Shown here: one piece after another, positions 1 to 9,811 of the stretch
Position numbering within the stretch: the first letter of the stretch is position 1
How the letters are laid out: the number at the start of each line of letters is the position of its first letter
NCBI GenBank assembly: GCA_046331705.1
Contig: JAXLQJ010000006.1
Coordinates: forward strand, 186,001-245,392
Direction of reading: 5' to 3'
Source: a bacterium
GTDB taxonomy: Bacteria > JADJOY01
Length of the DNA stretch: 59,392 nucleotides
Translations under genes and position numbers: made by a program
The notes under the pieces: model-generated
What the model was told of the DNA's origin: nothing
The model's database searches: none
What the model saw: the letters and a program-made list of their open reading frames with translations, nothing else

Positions 1-503
1 CGATCCTCGGTCGCGGGCGAGCGGGCAAGCTCACGTTCAAGGTGGGGCTCGCCGACAAGCTCTCGGACTTCACGTACGTCGAGAACGTGACCGATTCGCT
101 CCTCGCCGCCGACGCGGCGCTGGCTCGTCCGAGCTCCCCCGCTGCCGGCCAGGCCTACTTCATCACCAACGGCGAGCCCATGGCGTTCTGGGATTTCGTG
201 GGCGTGATCGCCGATGCGTGCGGGTTCGCCAAGCCGCGCTACCGCATGCCGTACGCGGTGGCGTACGCGGTGGCCACCGTCGTCGAGACCCTCGACACGC
301 TGCGCGGCGGCACCTTCGGCGAGGAAGGGCGGCTCTCGCGTTTCAGCGTCCGCTATCTCTGCACGCATCACTGGTTCAAGATCGACAAGGCGCGGCGCGA
401 TCTCGGCTGGACGCCACGGGTGTCGATCCGCGACGGGATCGCGCGCACGCTCGCCGCCCTCGACGGCGCGGGAACGCCGGCGCGCGCGGCGAAGGCCGCA
501 TGA
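1..503 (+). CDS. NAD-dependent epimerase / 3-beta-hydroxysteroid dehydrogenase family protein, C-terminal part (5' truncated by window edge)
   Basis: DFTYVENV, GQAYFITNGEP and KARRDLGWTP are typical of 3-beta-HSD/NSDHL-type extended SDRs. The TGA overlaps the next ATG. Confidence 0.8.
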   Translation, partial: ILGRGRAGKLTFKVGLADKLSDFTYVENVTDSLLAADAALARPSSPAAGQAYFITNGEPMAFWDFVGVIADACGFAKPRYRMPYAVAYAVATVVETLDTLRGGTFGEEGRLSRFSVRYLCTHHWFKIDKARRDLGWTPRVSIRDGIARTLAALDGAGTPARAAKAA

Positions 504-2137
504 GCGACGCCGCCTTCGATTACGTCGTCGTGGGCGGCGGCTCGGCCGGCTCGATGGCGGGCGCCGAGCTGGCGCGCGATCCCGCCGTGCGCGTGCTGGT
601 GCTCGAGGCCGGCGACGCCGCCGAGCGCAACCCGGAGACGCTGCGCGCCGACGGCTACCAGCAGGCGTTCCTGAACGAACGGCTGATGTGGGACCGCTTC
701 ACGCCGCCGCAGCCGGGGCTCGGCGGCCATCGGGTGTTCGTCGGCACCGGCCGCGGCATGGGCGGCAGCGGCTCGATCAACGCGATGGTGTACACGCGCG
801 GCGCCGCGCACGACTACGACTCGTGGGGCGTGCCCGGCTGGGCTTGGCGCGACGTGGCGCCCGTCTTCGAGGAGATCGAGCGCACGCTCACGCCGTCGCG
901 CCGCGAGCCGACCCAGTTCACCGAGGCGTGCATCGCGGCCGCCGAGGCACAGGGCTTCCGTCGCAAGGAGGACCTGAACGACGGCGCGCTCGCCGGCTGC
1001 CTCGGCTACGAGTGGATGAACTACCGCGGCAACGAGCGGCGCAGCTCGTACGTCGCGTTTCTCAAGCCGCGGCTCGAGCAGCCGAACCTGCGCGTCGAGA
1101 CCGGCGCCGTCGTGAATCGAATCGTGTTCGACGGCGCGCGCCGCGCGATCGCCGTGGAAGCCGAGGTCGCGGGCGCGCCGCGACGGTTCGCGCTCACCGT
1201 CGGCGCGGGCGAGGTGATCGTGGCGGCGGGTGCGCTGGAGACGCCGCGCATCGTGGAGCGCTCCGGCGTGGGGCGCGGCCACGAGCTGCGCGCCCACGGC
1301 ATCGCCGAGGTCGCGAGCGCGCCGGGCGTGGGCGAGAACCTCCACGATCACCCCAACGTGCCGCTGTTCGTGTGGGGACGGCGTCCCACCGACTGCAAGT
1401 ACGTCCAGCTCTACGGCTTCCATCGCGCCAACCCCGAGGCCGCGTTACCCGCCGGCGAGGCCGACAGCTGTTTCGTCTTCTACACGGCGCGATCCTCGAT
1501 CCGCGAGGCCGCCGTGAAGCTCGGCCCCACCAAGGTGCTGCCGCCGGCGCTGTTCGCGAAGCGGTGGGCGCGCGGCGCGCTGCGCGGCGTGATCGGCGTG
1601 GCCATGGCGAGCCCGCCGGCGCGCTACGTGCTCGAGCGCATGTACGGGATCATCGTGATCCTCGGGAAGCCCGAGAGTCGCGGCAGCGTGCGGCTCTCGT
1701 CGGCGGACCCGCGTGCGCCCGGGATCGTGGATCCCGCGTATCTCTCGGCGCCGCGCGACCTCGACACGCTGGTGCGCGGCGTCGAGTGGGCGCGGCGGAT
1801 CGTCGCGACCGAGCCGCTGGCGCAATGGGGATCGCGTCCGTTGAGCGGCGCGGCGCGCAGCTCCGAGCGCGCTCGGCTGGAAGCGTTCGTCCGCGCCAAC
1901 CTCATCACCACCTACCATTTCGCGGGCAGCTGCCGGATGGGCGCCGACGCCGCGAGCGTCGCGGACGAGCGGCTGCGCCTGCGGGGCGTGACCGGTGTGC
2001 GCGTCGCCGACGCATCGGTGATGCCGTCCACGCCGGTCTCGGCGCTCAACGCGCCCAGCATGCTGATCGGCTTTCGCGCGGCGCGCATGGCGCTCGAAGA
2101 ACGCGTCACGAACCACGCGCGGGCGGCGAACGCCTGA
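500..2137 (+). CDS. GMC family FAD oxidoreductase
   Basis: DYVVVGGGSAG FAD motif, GRGMGGSGSINAMVYTRG, GVGENLHDH, TYHFAGSCRMG, GVRVADASVMP. ATG at 500 overlaps the upstream TGA. Confidence 0.93.
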   Translation: MSDAAFDYVVVGGGSAGSMAGAELARDPAVRVLVLEAGDAAERNPETLRADGYQQAFLNERLMWDRFTPPQPGLGGHRVFVGTGRGMGGSGSINAMVYTRGAAHDYDSWGVPGWAWRDVAPVFEEIERTLTPSRREPTQFTEACIAAAEAQGFRRKEDLNDGALAGCLGYEWMNYRGNERRSSYVAFLKPRLEQPNLRVETGAVVNRIVFDGARRAIAVEAEVAGAPRRFALTVGAGEVIVAAGALETPRIVERSGVGRGHELRAHGIAEVASAPGVGENLHDHPNVPLFVWGRRPTDCKYVQLYGFHRANPEAALPAGEADSCFVFYTARSSIREAAVKLGPTKVLPPALFAKRWARGALRGVIGVAMASPPARYVLERMYGIIVILGKPESRGSVRLSSADPRAPGIVDPAYLSAPRDLDTLVRGVEWARRIVATEPLAQWGSRPLSGAARSSERARLEAFVRANLITTYHFAGSCRMGADAASVADERLRLRGVTGVRVADASVMPSTPVSALNAPSMLIGFRAARMALEERVTNHARAANA

Positions 2138-2184
2138 TCCAGCGCCGGCCCGCGCTCCCGGTGCAGCACGACTCGGAGTCACCC

Positions 2185-3795
2185 ATGACCGCTTCCAGCG
2201 TTGCCGCCGTCCAAGGTCTCGCCCAGCTCGCCGGCTCGGCCGCTCCGGCGAACCCCGACACGATCGTCTGCACCGATCCCGCCACCGGCGAACGCCTGGG
2301 CGAGGTGCCGGTGACGAGCCCCGACGAGGTGCGCGAGATCGTGCGCCGCTCGCGCGCCGCGCAAGAGCGCTGGGGCGCGACCCCGTTCGAGGTCCGCCGG
2401 CGGGTGTTGCGCCACATCCTCGATCACGTGCTGGCCCACGTGGACGAGCTGGCCGAGCTGATCGTGCGCGACGCGGGCAAGATCCGCGAGCACGCCCTGG
2501 TCGAGATCTGGCCGGTCTGCGAGAAGCTCAAGACCACGATCGCGAGCGGCGAGCGATACCTGCGGCCGGAGCCGGTGTCGGCAGGGCTCTTCAAGCACAA
2601 GCGGGCGCGCATCGAGTATCCGCCGCTGGGCGTGATCGGCATCATCGCGCCCTGGAACTATCCACTTCAGAACGTGCTCGGGCCCGCGGTGCCGGCGCTC
2701 TTCGCCGGCAATGGCGTGGTGGTGAAGGTGTCCGAGTGGACGAGCTACTCGGCGGCGCGCATCCAGCGGATCTTCGACGAGGCGCTCGCGGCTGCGGGGC
2801 AATCGAGGGACCTGGTCCGGATCGTCACCGGCTACGGCCAGACGGGTGCCGCGCTGGTGGGCTCGGGCGTCGACAAGATCGTCTTCACGGGATCGGTCGG
2901 GAACGGCAGGCGGGTCCTCGCCGAGAGCGCCAAGACGCTCACGCCCGTGATCCTGGAGCTGGGCGGCAAGGACCCGCTCATCGTGTGCGACGACGCGGAT
3001 CTCGAGCAGGCGGCGCACGCGGCGATCGGCGGCGCCTTCGTGTCGTGCGGCCAGAACTGCATCGCGCCCGAACGGATCCTGGTCTTCGACTCGGTCTACG
3101 AGGCCTTCGAGAAGCGTGTCGTCGAGATCGTGGGTGCTTTCCGGCAAGGGCCGCCGCTCGCCGGCGCGATCGTGGACGTGGGAGCGATGACGATGCCGGC
3201 GCAGGTGGACATCGTCGAGAAGCTGGTGAACGACGCCCTCGCCAAGGGCGCGCGCGCGGTGGTGGGCGGAAAGCGCCGATCCATCGGCGGCGGGCGCTAC
3301 TTCGAGCCCACCGTGCTCTCGGGTGTGACGCCGGACATGGCGATCTTCCAGGAGGAGACGTTCGGCCCGGTGCTGGCGCTGGTGCGCGTGCGTGACGAGG
3401 AGGAGGCGATCCGCGTCGCCAACGGCACCGAGTTCGGGCTGTCGAGCGCGGTCTTCAGCCGCGACCGCGCGCGCGCCGAGCGAATCGGCGCGCGGCTGGT
3501 GGCCGGCAGCACCAACATCAACGACTTCGGCCTCCACTACATGGCGCAGGAGTTGCCGTTCGGCGGTGTGAAAGCCTCGGGCTTCGGCCGTCTCAACGGC
3601 CGCGAAGGCTTGCGCGCCTGCACCAATCCCAAGGCGGTCTTGACCGATCGCTTCCCGATCCACGTCCCACCCAAGATGTACCCGATCGGCCCCGGCGATT
3701 ACGCGCGCCTGCGAGGCGTGCTCGCTCTGCTCTACGGGCGCGGCGTGGCCGCGCGCTTGCGCGCCCTCGGCGGCATCTTGCGCGCCGCTCGCTGA
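2185..3795 (+). CDS. Aldehyde dehydrogenase family protein
   Basis: PWNYP, FTGS, LELGGKD (catalytic Glu), GQNCIA (catalytic Cys), EETFGP, PFGGVKASGFGR. GGAG precedes ATG 2185. Confidence 0.95.
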   Translation: MTASSVAAVQGLAQLAGSAAPANPDTIVCTDPATGERLGEVPVTSPDEVREIVRRSRAAQERWGATPFEVRRRVLRHILDHVLAHVDELAELIVRDAGKIREHALVEIWPVCEKLKTTIASGERYLRPEPVSAGLFKHKRARIEYPPLGVIGIIAPWNYPLQNVLGPAVPALFAGNGVVVKVSEWTSYSAARIQRIFDEALAAAGQSRDLVRIVTGYGQTGAALVGSGVDKIVFTGSVGNGRRVLAESAKTLTPVILELGGKDPLIVCDDADLEQAAHAAIGGAFVSCGQNCIAPERILVFDSVYEAFEKRVVEIVGAFRQGPPLAGAIVDVGAMTMPAQVDIVEKLVNDALAKGARAVVGGKRRSIGGGRYFEPTVLSGVTPDMAIFQEETFGPVLALVRVRDEEEAIRVANGTEFGLSSAVFSRDRARAERIGARLVAGSTNINDFGLHYMAQELPFGGVKASGFGRLNGREGLRACTNPKAVLTDRFPIHVPPKMYPIGPGDYARLRGVLALLYGRGVAARLRALGGILRAAR

Positions 3796-3922
3796 TCGGT
3801 CGATCTCGCGGCGTGCCATGGTGCGCGGCCGCTCGGTCGTGCATGCTGGAGGGGCGGACGGCACGGCGGATCGCAAGCGCCGGGTGTCGTCGTCTCGCAT
3901 CCCGCCTCATCACCGGAGTCTC

Positions 3923-5902
3923 ATGGCCGCAGGGAATCGCCCCGAGGACGTCGCCGCCGGCGTCGTACCGGCGTCCTCGACGGTGGGCCACCTCGGGCTT
4001 TCCCGCGGGCGCCGCTACCTCTTCTCGGCCATCGTCGCGCTGCTGCTCGCGGGGCTGGTCGAGCTCGCGTTGCGTCTGCCGGGAGTCGGGTCGCGCGTGC
4101 CGGGCGGCGACGCGAGCCACGGCTTCGCCACCAGCGTCGATCCGTTCGCGAGCGACGGCGAGTGGACCACGCTCAAGCCGGGCTCGCACCGCACCTTCAA
4201 TCCCGTCCGTCTCGAGCGGACCCGCTCGCCGGGCTCGATCCGCATCGTGGTGCTGGGCGGATCGAGCGCCTACGGCTTCCCGTATGGAGACGCGATCTCG
4301 CACCCGCGCTTCCTCGCGCACCGGCTCGAGGCACTCTTTCCCGGACGCACCGTCGAGGTCGCGAACCTCGCGGGGATGTCGTACGGAAGCCATCGCATCG
4401 GGTCGCTCTTGCGCTGGGTGCTTAGGCTGGATCCCGATCTCGTCGTCCTCGACACCGGCCACAACGAGTTCGTCGAGCGTGCGGCGTATCAGCGTGCGCT
4501 CGGCGGTACGGCGTCACTCGGCGAGCTCAGGCTGCGACTGGCGTCGAGCCGGCTCTACGGGCTGCTCAGCAACGGGATGGCCGGGCTGCGCGAGCGTATC
4601 GCTCCGCCGACGCCGGAGGGCGGAGTGTTCGGGCTGGACGTGGCGCGCGACGAGGCACGCCTCTTCACACTCGAGGAGAAGGAGCGGGTCGCGCGGCGCT
4701 TCCAGGATCGCGTGCGACGCATGGTCGCGCAGTGTCGCCAGGCGGACACGCCGATGCTGCTGCTCACCGCGCCGTCGAACCTGCGCGACTGGAAGCCGGA
4801 GACCCTCGCTTTCGTCTATCCCCTGCCGCTCGATCGCCAGCACGAGTTCCTGGGCCACCTCGCGCGCGGCATACGGGCGCTCGACTCGCTGCGCCCCGAG
4901 GAGGCGCTCGCCGAGCTCGACGCGGCCATGGCCATCGACGACCGCCACGCGCTGACCGCCTTCGAGCGGGCGCGCGCGCTCGAGGCGCTCGGGCGGGACG
5001 AGGATGCGGCGGCGTACCGGCGCGCGCGCGATCTCGATCCCGTGCCGATCCGCGCGCTCACGGCGATGAACGACGGCATCCGCGAGATCGCGTCCGACAC
5101 GCATACCCCGCTGGCGGACGTGGAGGCCGCGTTCGCCGATGCTTCGATGCGCCACGTGCCCGGCCACGATCTCTTCGTCGACTACTGCCATCCCAACGAT
5201 CGCGGGCATCAGCTCACCGCCGACGTCGTGGCGCGAGCCATCGTCGATGCGCGGCTCTTGCCCGATCTGCCGCCCGACTCCGTGGCGCGGCTCGCGGCTT
5301 ACCAGCCGCACGACGAGACCGCGCCCCCGCTCGAGCAGCTTTCCGCACCGGTCCTGTGGTGGCTCGGCACGGCGGCGCTTCGCCAGGGGCACACCGACGA
5401 GGCGCGCGCGCGCTTCGAGCTGGGATTGAGCCGAGATCCGAACGACCGGCACGTGCTTCGCGCGCTCACGCAGCTCTACCAGTCGCGCGGCGAGCCGGAG
5501 CGCGCGCAACCGCTGGCGGAGCGCCTCGCAGCGCTGCCCAACGCGACGATGGACGATCAGGTGGTCGTCGCCGCCCTGGATCTGGCGCTGGGCCGGCTCG
5601 ACGAGAGCCGCCAGCGGCTGAGCGAGCTCAGCCGCACCGCGCCGCCCAACGCCAACGTCGAGCGGATGCTCGCCCAAGTCGAGCTCAAGGCGGGCAACGG
5701 TGCGCGCGCCCGCGAGCATTTCGAGGCATCGTTGCGAATTCGGCCGGCGGACTATCGCGTCCGCAAGGAGCTCGCCGATGCGTGCCGCGCGCAAGGCGAC
5801 CGCGCGTGCGCGGTGCGCGCCTACCGCGAGGTGCTCGCCCAGGTGCGCTACATGCCCTCGGTGGTGCAAGCCCTCGAGGAGATGGGCGAATCGGCGGGCT
5901 GA
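3923..5902 (+). CDS. Membrane-anchored SGNH/GDSL hydrolase-like protein with TPR repeats
   Basis: N-terminal TM helix; VLGGSSAYG (block I), GHNE (block III), DYCHPN (block V); inserted and C-terminal TPR-like helices. GGAG precedes ATG 3923. Confidence 0.82.
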   Translation: MAAGNRPEDVAAGVVPASSTVGHLGLSRGRRYLFSAIVALLLAGLVELALRLPGVGSRVPGGDASHGFATSVDPFASDGEWTTLKPGSHRTFNPVRLERTRSPGSIRIVVLGGSSAYGFPYGDAISHPRFLAHRLEALFPGRTVEVANLAGMSYGSHRIGSLLRWVLRLDPDLVVLDTGHNEFVERAAYQRALGGTASLGELRLRLASSRLYGLLSNGMAGLRERIAPPTPEGGVFGLDVARDEARLFTLEEKERVARRFQDRVRRMVAQCRQADTPMLLLTAPSNLRDWKPETLAFVYPLPLDRQHEFLGHLARGIRALDSLRPEEALAELDAAMAIDDRHALTAFERARALEALGRDEDAAAYRRARDLDPVPIRALTAMNDGIREIASDTHTPLADVEAAFADASMRHVPGHDLFVDYCHPNDRGHQLTADVVARAIVDARLLPDLPPDSVARLAAYQPHDETAPPLEQLSAPVLWWLGTAALRQGHTDEARARFELGLSRDPNDRHVLRALTQLYQSRGEPERAQPLAERLAALPNATMDDQVVVAALDLALGRLDESRQRLSELSRTAPPNANVERMLAQVELKAGNGARAREHFEASLRIRPADYRVRKELADACRAQGDRACAVRAYREVLAQVRYMPSVVQALEEMGESAG

Positions 5903-6011
5903 TCCCGCGCGCCTTCGATTGGTGGGGTTTTCCCGTGCGTGGTAGCTTCGCCGCAGACGCGTCGCGCGGCGCGCGCCGAACCCTCCTTCGCGACTCGCGC
6001 TTGCCCGGTCC

Positions 6012-7475
6012 GTGACCCGACCGATCCATCTGGTCTCGTTCGCCGCCTCCGACGGCGCCTACATGCCGAGCGGCACGTGGGAGTACCGCATGAAGCGGCT
6101 CCCGCACCTCGGATTGCTGTCGCTGGCGGCGGTGCTCAAGCGCGCGGGACGGCCGTATCGCGTCCTCGATCAGAGCGTCCACGGATTCGACGTGGCAGGC
6201 TTCGTGCGCGCCGTGCGCGAAGCGCGTCCGCTCTTCGTCGGCGTCTACTCCACCGTCACGCAGCGCGCGGTCGTGTGCGAGGCACTGCGGGCGCTGACGC
6301 GTCAGGTCCCCGAGGTGCCGGTGGTGGTCGGCGGGCCTGACCGCTGTCGCGCGGACCTCTATCTCGGCGCGGGTGCCGCCGCCGTGGCGGCGGGCGAGGG
6401 CGAGGAGACGATCCTGGATCTGGCGCGCGCCTTCGAGTCGAGCGCGAGCCTGGATTCGGTCGCGGGGCTCTTGCTGCCCGGCGAGCGCGGACCGGTCGCC
6501 ACCGCCGAGCGCGGACCCATCGCGGACCTCGACGCCTTGCCGTTCGCGGATCGGGACGCGCTGCCGATCGACGCGTACCACGACCATCACGTCATCGGCA
6601 TGCGCTTGCCGTACGCGACCACCATGGCTTCCAGGGGTTGCCCGTACCGCTGTTCGTTCTGCGATTCGCCGGCGATCTGGGGCAACCGCGTGCGCTATCG
6701 CTCGCCGGCGAACGTGCTCGCCGAGCTCGAGGACCTTCGCGATCGCTACGGCGTCCGTTACGTCGGCTTCAAGGACGATCAGTTCGCGGTGAACCCCGAC
6801 TGGGAAGAGCGCTTCCTCACGACCTTCGCCGAGCGGCGCCTGGGCCTCGCGTGGTCGTGCCTGGTCCACCCGTACAACTTCCGTCGACGTCGCGACGAGA
6901 AGCTCAGGCGGTTTCGCGACGCCGGCTGCGATCTGCTGAGCTTCGGGCTCCAGGCGGTGGATCCCCAGGTGCTGCGCGCGATTCACCGCAGCGCCGAGGA
7001 GCCGGCCGAGCTGGCCGAGAACGTGCGCGTCGCGAAGCGCCTCGGCATCACGGTGGCCGTGCATTTCATCTTCGGGCTGCCGGGCGAGAGCATCGCGAAC
7101 ATGAACGGCGCCGTGGCGTGGGCGCGGCGCGTTCGTCCGCACTACACGGTCTTCTTCCCGCTCACGGTCCTCGAGGAGTCCGAGCTCGGCCAGACGCTCG
7201 GCGAGCGCCCACCCTCGGAGCTTCCCGGGGAGCTCATCGACGCGCACGTGAACAAGGCCTACCGCAGCGTCTACGCGTCGCCCGCCTTGCTCGCGCAGAA
7301 CCTGGCGCACGCGCTGCGCAAGAATCCCCGCTGGCTCGCGATCGCGCTGGCGCAGCTCGGCTACATCTTGCGCTCGACGATCCTGAATCGGGTTCGCTAC
7401 CGGGTGGCGCGCACCGGCGCTCCGGCGAGCGCCATCCGGCGGCCGACCCCGGCTTACCTCGCGCCCTACGGTTGA
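6012..7475 (+). CDS. B12-binding domain radical SAM protein
   Basis: PHLGLLSLAA, VVVGGP, GEGE, SRGCPYRCSFC (CxxxCxxC), HFIFGLPGE. Confidence 0.9.
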   Translation: MTRPIHLVSFAASDGAYMPSGTWEYRMKRLPHLGLLSLAAVLKRAGRPYRVLDQSVHGFDVAGFVRAVREARPLFVGVYSTVTQRAVVCEALRALTRQVPEVPVVVGGPDRCRADLYLGAGAAAVAAGEGEETILDLARAFESSASLDSVAGLLLPGERGPVATAERGPIADLDALPFADRDALPIDAYHDHHVIGMRLPYATTMASRGCPYRCSFCDSPAIWGNRVRYRSPANVLAELEDLRDRYGVRYVGFKDDQFAVNPDWEERFLTTFAERRLGLAWSCLVHPYNFRRRRDEKLRRFRDAGCDLLSFGLQAVDPQVLRAIHRSAEEPAELAENVRVAKRLGITVAVHFIFGLPGESIANMNGAVAWARRVRPHYTVFFPLTVLEESELGQTLGERPPSELPGELIDAHVNKAYRSVYASPALLAQNLAHALRKNPRWLAIALAQLGYILRSTILNRVRYRVARTGAPASAIRRPTPAYLAPYG

Positions 7476-9811
7476 AGCCTCGGGTCCACCTCGTACCGAC
7501 GACCGAGCGCGGTCGCGAGTGGCTCGCGATCGGCCTTCTGGTGATGGCGGTGGCGTGGCCGTTCGCGCGCGCGCCGCGCGCAGGATTCGGCGACGACGAT
7601 CTCGAGTACGCCGTGCCGTTCGCGCACTTCGTGCTCGGCGAGCTCGCCGAAGGGCGCTGGCCGACGTGGAACCCGGCCACCGATGGCGGGCTGCCGCTGC
7701 TCGCGCAGCAGCCCTGGATGGGGCCGATCTATCCGGGGCTCGCGCTGTTCGCGTGCCTCGACGACGGCTGGGCGCTCGCAGCCGGCTACGCGCTGCACGC
7801 CGCGCTCTACGCGCTCGGGATCTTCCTGCTGCTTCGGCGGGTGGGCTTCGGACGCGCGAGCGCCTGGCTCGCCGGCGCGGTGCTGGGGCTCTCGAGCGAC
7901 GTCGCGGTGGCGTGGAACCGCGGCTATCTCCACCATCTGGTGTCGGTGAGCTGGATCGCGTGGCCCATCCTCGCATTCGAGGCGGGCCGGCTCGGCGAGC
8001 GGCCGCGGCGTTGCGCGGCCTTGGGCGCGGGGGCGCTCGGGCTCGCGTTCCTCGGTGGGCACACGGTGAGCGCGCTCCAGAGCGCGCTCGCGCTCGCGAT
8101 CTGGTGCGCCACGTCCGTGCTGCAGGACTTGCTCGGCGCGCTTCGCGGCGCGCATGGCGACGACGCGGGGGTGCGCGCCCGCGCGGTGCGATCGTTCGGC
8201 ATCGCCGTGGTGATCGCCGTGGGCGCGCTCGGCCTCGCGAGCGTCCAGCTCGTGCCGCTGCGCGAGGTGGCGCGCGCGGGCACGCTGCCCGAGCAACGCG
8301 CCTGGAAGCCGTGGGATCTCGAGATGGCGAGCCCGTGGCGCAAGGCGGGCTATTTCCTGCCGGGGTGGGAAACGGGGCGGAAAGGGCGGGACTTCGTCGG
8401 GCTCACGCCGTGGATGCTGGCGGCGGTAGGTGTCGCGGCCCGCGCACGACGGCCGCGCGCGGGATCCGGGGCGCTCGGTGCACCTCAGGCGGGCGCGGCG
8501 GCGGCGAGCGCGTGGGACGCGCGGCGCTCCTGGGCACCGCTGGTCACGGCGACGGCGTTCACGCTGCTCTCGATCGGGCCGCACGGGCCCTTCTTCCGCT
8601 GGGCATCGACCCTGGTGCCGCCGCTGGGAGTGATCTCGTACCCGTATTTTTTCGCGCCGGGCATCCACCTGGGCGTCGCATGGCTCGCCGCGTGGGGGCT
8701 CGACGCGCTACGTGGCGGGGCCGGGCGGTGGATGTCGGTGGCGTGGGGGGGCGGCGTCGTCGTCGCGGCGGCGTGCGTCGGCGTGGCGCGCGAGCGAATC
8801 GGCGCCGATCCGCTCGATCAGCATGGATTGGTCGCGAGCGTGCCCCACGCCCTCCCGGTGGTGGTCGCCGTCGGGCTCGCGATCGCGTTGGTCGCGTTTC
8901 GACGCCTCTCGGCCGCGCGTGGCGCGTGGTTGCTGGTGGCGCTCGCGCTCGGGGAGATCGTCGGCTACGGGATCCGGGCGCGCGCCGACAAGCCCCGCTA
9001 CCAGAGCGCAGCGTATTTCCGGACCCGCGATCCACTGGTGCGCGCGCTCGCGGAATCGAGATCGCTGGGCCGCATCTGGCACGTCGAGCGCACGCGTCCC
9101 GTCGCCGAGCGATTGCTGCGAAGGAACGGCGGATTGCTCCTCGGCTACGAGGAGATCAACCGCTCGTCGCGCGTCGGATCGCGACGGTATGCGGAGTGGA
9201 CCGAGCCGCTGGGCGCCGACCTCGAATGGGAAACCGCTCTCGACGCCAGCGATCGAGCCGAGCGCGACCCCGCGCAGGCGCGCGCTCTGCTCATCGACGA
9301 CCGGCGACTCGCGATTCTCGATGGCCTCGCCGTGGATCGAATCGTCACGGATCTCGACCTCGGCGGTGTCGGCGCCAGCTCGTTCGCGCGCACCGTCTCG
9401 GACGCGACGGGGCGCGTGCACCTCTACGAGCGGGTCGCTGGCGCGACCCAGCGCGCACGGCTCGCCGGCGCGACGGACGGGAGCGCGTCGCTCGTGTTGC
9501 GCGAGCAGCGCCCCGGACGCACGTCGCTGGCGGTCACGAGCGAGCGCGGTGTGACCGTGTCGCTCGCCGAGAATCCCTTCGCGGGCTGGGCCGCGACGTT
9601 CGCCGATTCCACGGGAGTGCGGCGCCGCCTCTCCGTGCGCGCGGGCGCCGGCGCGGCGCCGGCGATCGAGCTCGACGTTCCCGCGGGTCACCACGAGCTC
9701 GAGGTCGCGTATTCTCCGTCGCTGCTGCCCGCGCTGCTCTCCGCGCTCACGGCGCTGGTGCTCGTGGTCTGCGTCGTCCGGCGCGAGCGCGGCTCGGGTC
9801 CCTGGGCATGA
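7472..9811 (+). CDS. YfhO-like polytopic membrane protein (putative GT-C glycosyltransferase)
   Basis: DDLEYAVP...GRWPTWNP...GGLPLLA...YP N-terminal signature, many TM helices, C-terminal GW...VPAGHHELEVAY. The TTG start overlapping the upstream TGA is inferred. Confidence 0.75.
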   Translation: MKPRVHLVPTTERGREWLAIGLLVMAVAWPFARAPRAGFGDDDLEYAVPFAHFVLGELAEGRWPTWNPATDGGLPLLAQQPWMGPIYPGLALFACLDDGWALAAGYALHAALYALGIFLLLRRVGFGRASAWLAGAVLGLSSDVAVAWNRGYLHHLVSVSWIAWPILAFEAGRLGERPRRCAALGAGALGLAFLGGHTVSALQSALALAIWCATSVLQDLLGALRGAHGDDAGVRARAVRSFGIAVVIAVGALGLASVQLVPLREVARAGTLPEQRAWKPWDLEMASPWRKAGYFLPGWETGRKGRDFVGLTPWMLAAVGVAARARRPRAGSGALGAPQAGAAAASAWDARRSWAPLVTATAFTLLSIGPHGPFFRWASTLVPPLGVISYPYFFAPGIHLGVAWLAAWGLDALRGGAGRWMSVAWGGGVVVAAACVGVARERIGADPLDQHGLVASVPHALPVVVAVGLAIALVAFRRLSAARGAWLLVALALGEIVGYGIRARADKPRYQSAAYFRTRDPLVRALAESRSLGRIWHVERTRPVAERLLRRNGGLLLGYEEINRSSRVGSRRYAEWTEPLGADLEWETALDASDRAERDPAQARALLIDDRRLAILDGLAVDRIVTDLDLGGVGASSFARTVSDATGRVHLYERVAGATQRARLAGATDGSASLVLREQRPGRTSLAVTSERGVTVSLAENPFAGWAATFADSTGVRRRLSVRAGAGAAPAIELDVPAGHHELEVAYSPSLLPALLSALTALVLVVCVVRRERGSGPWA

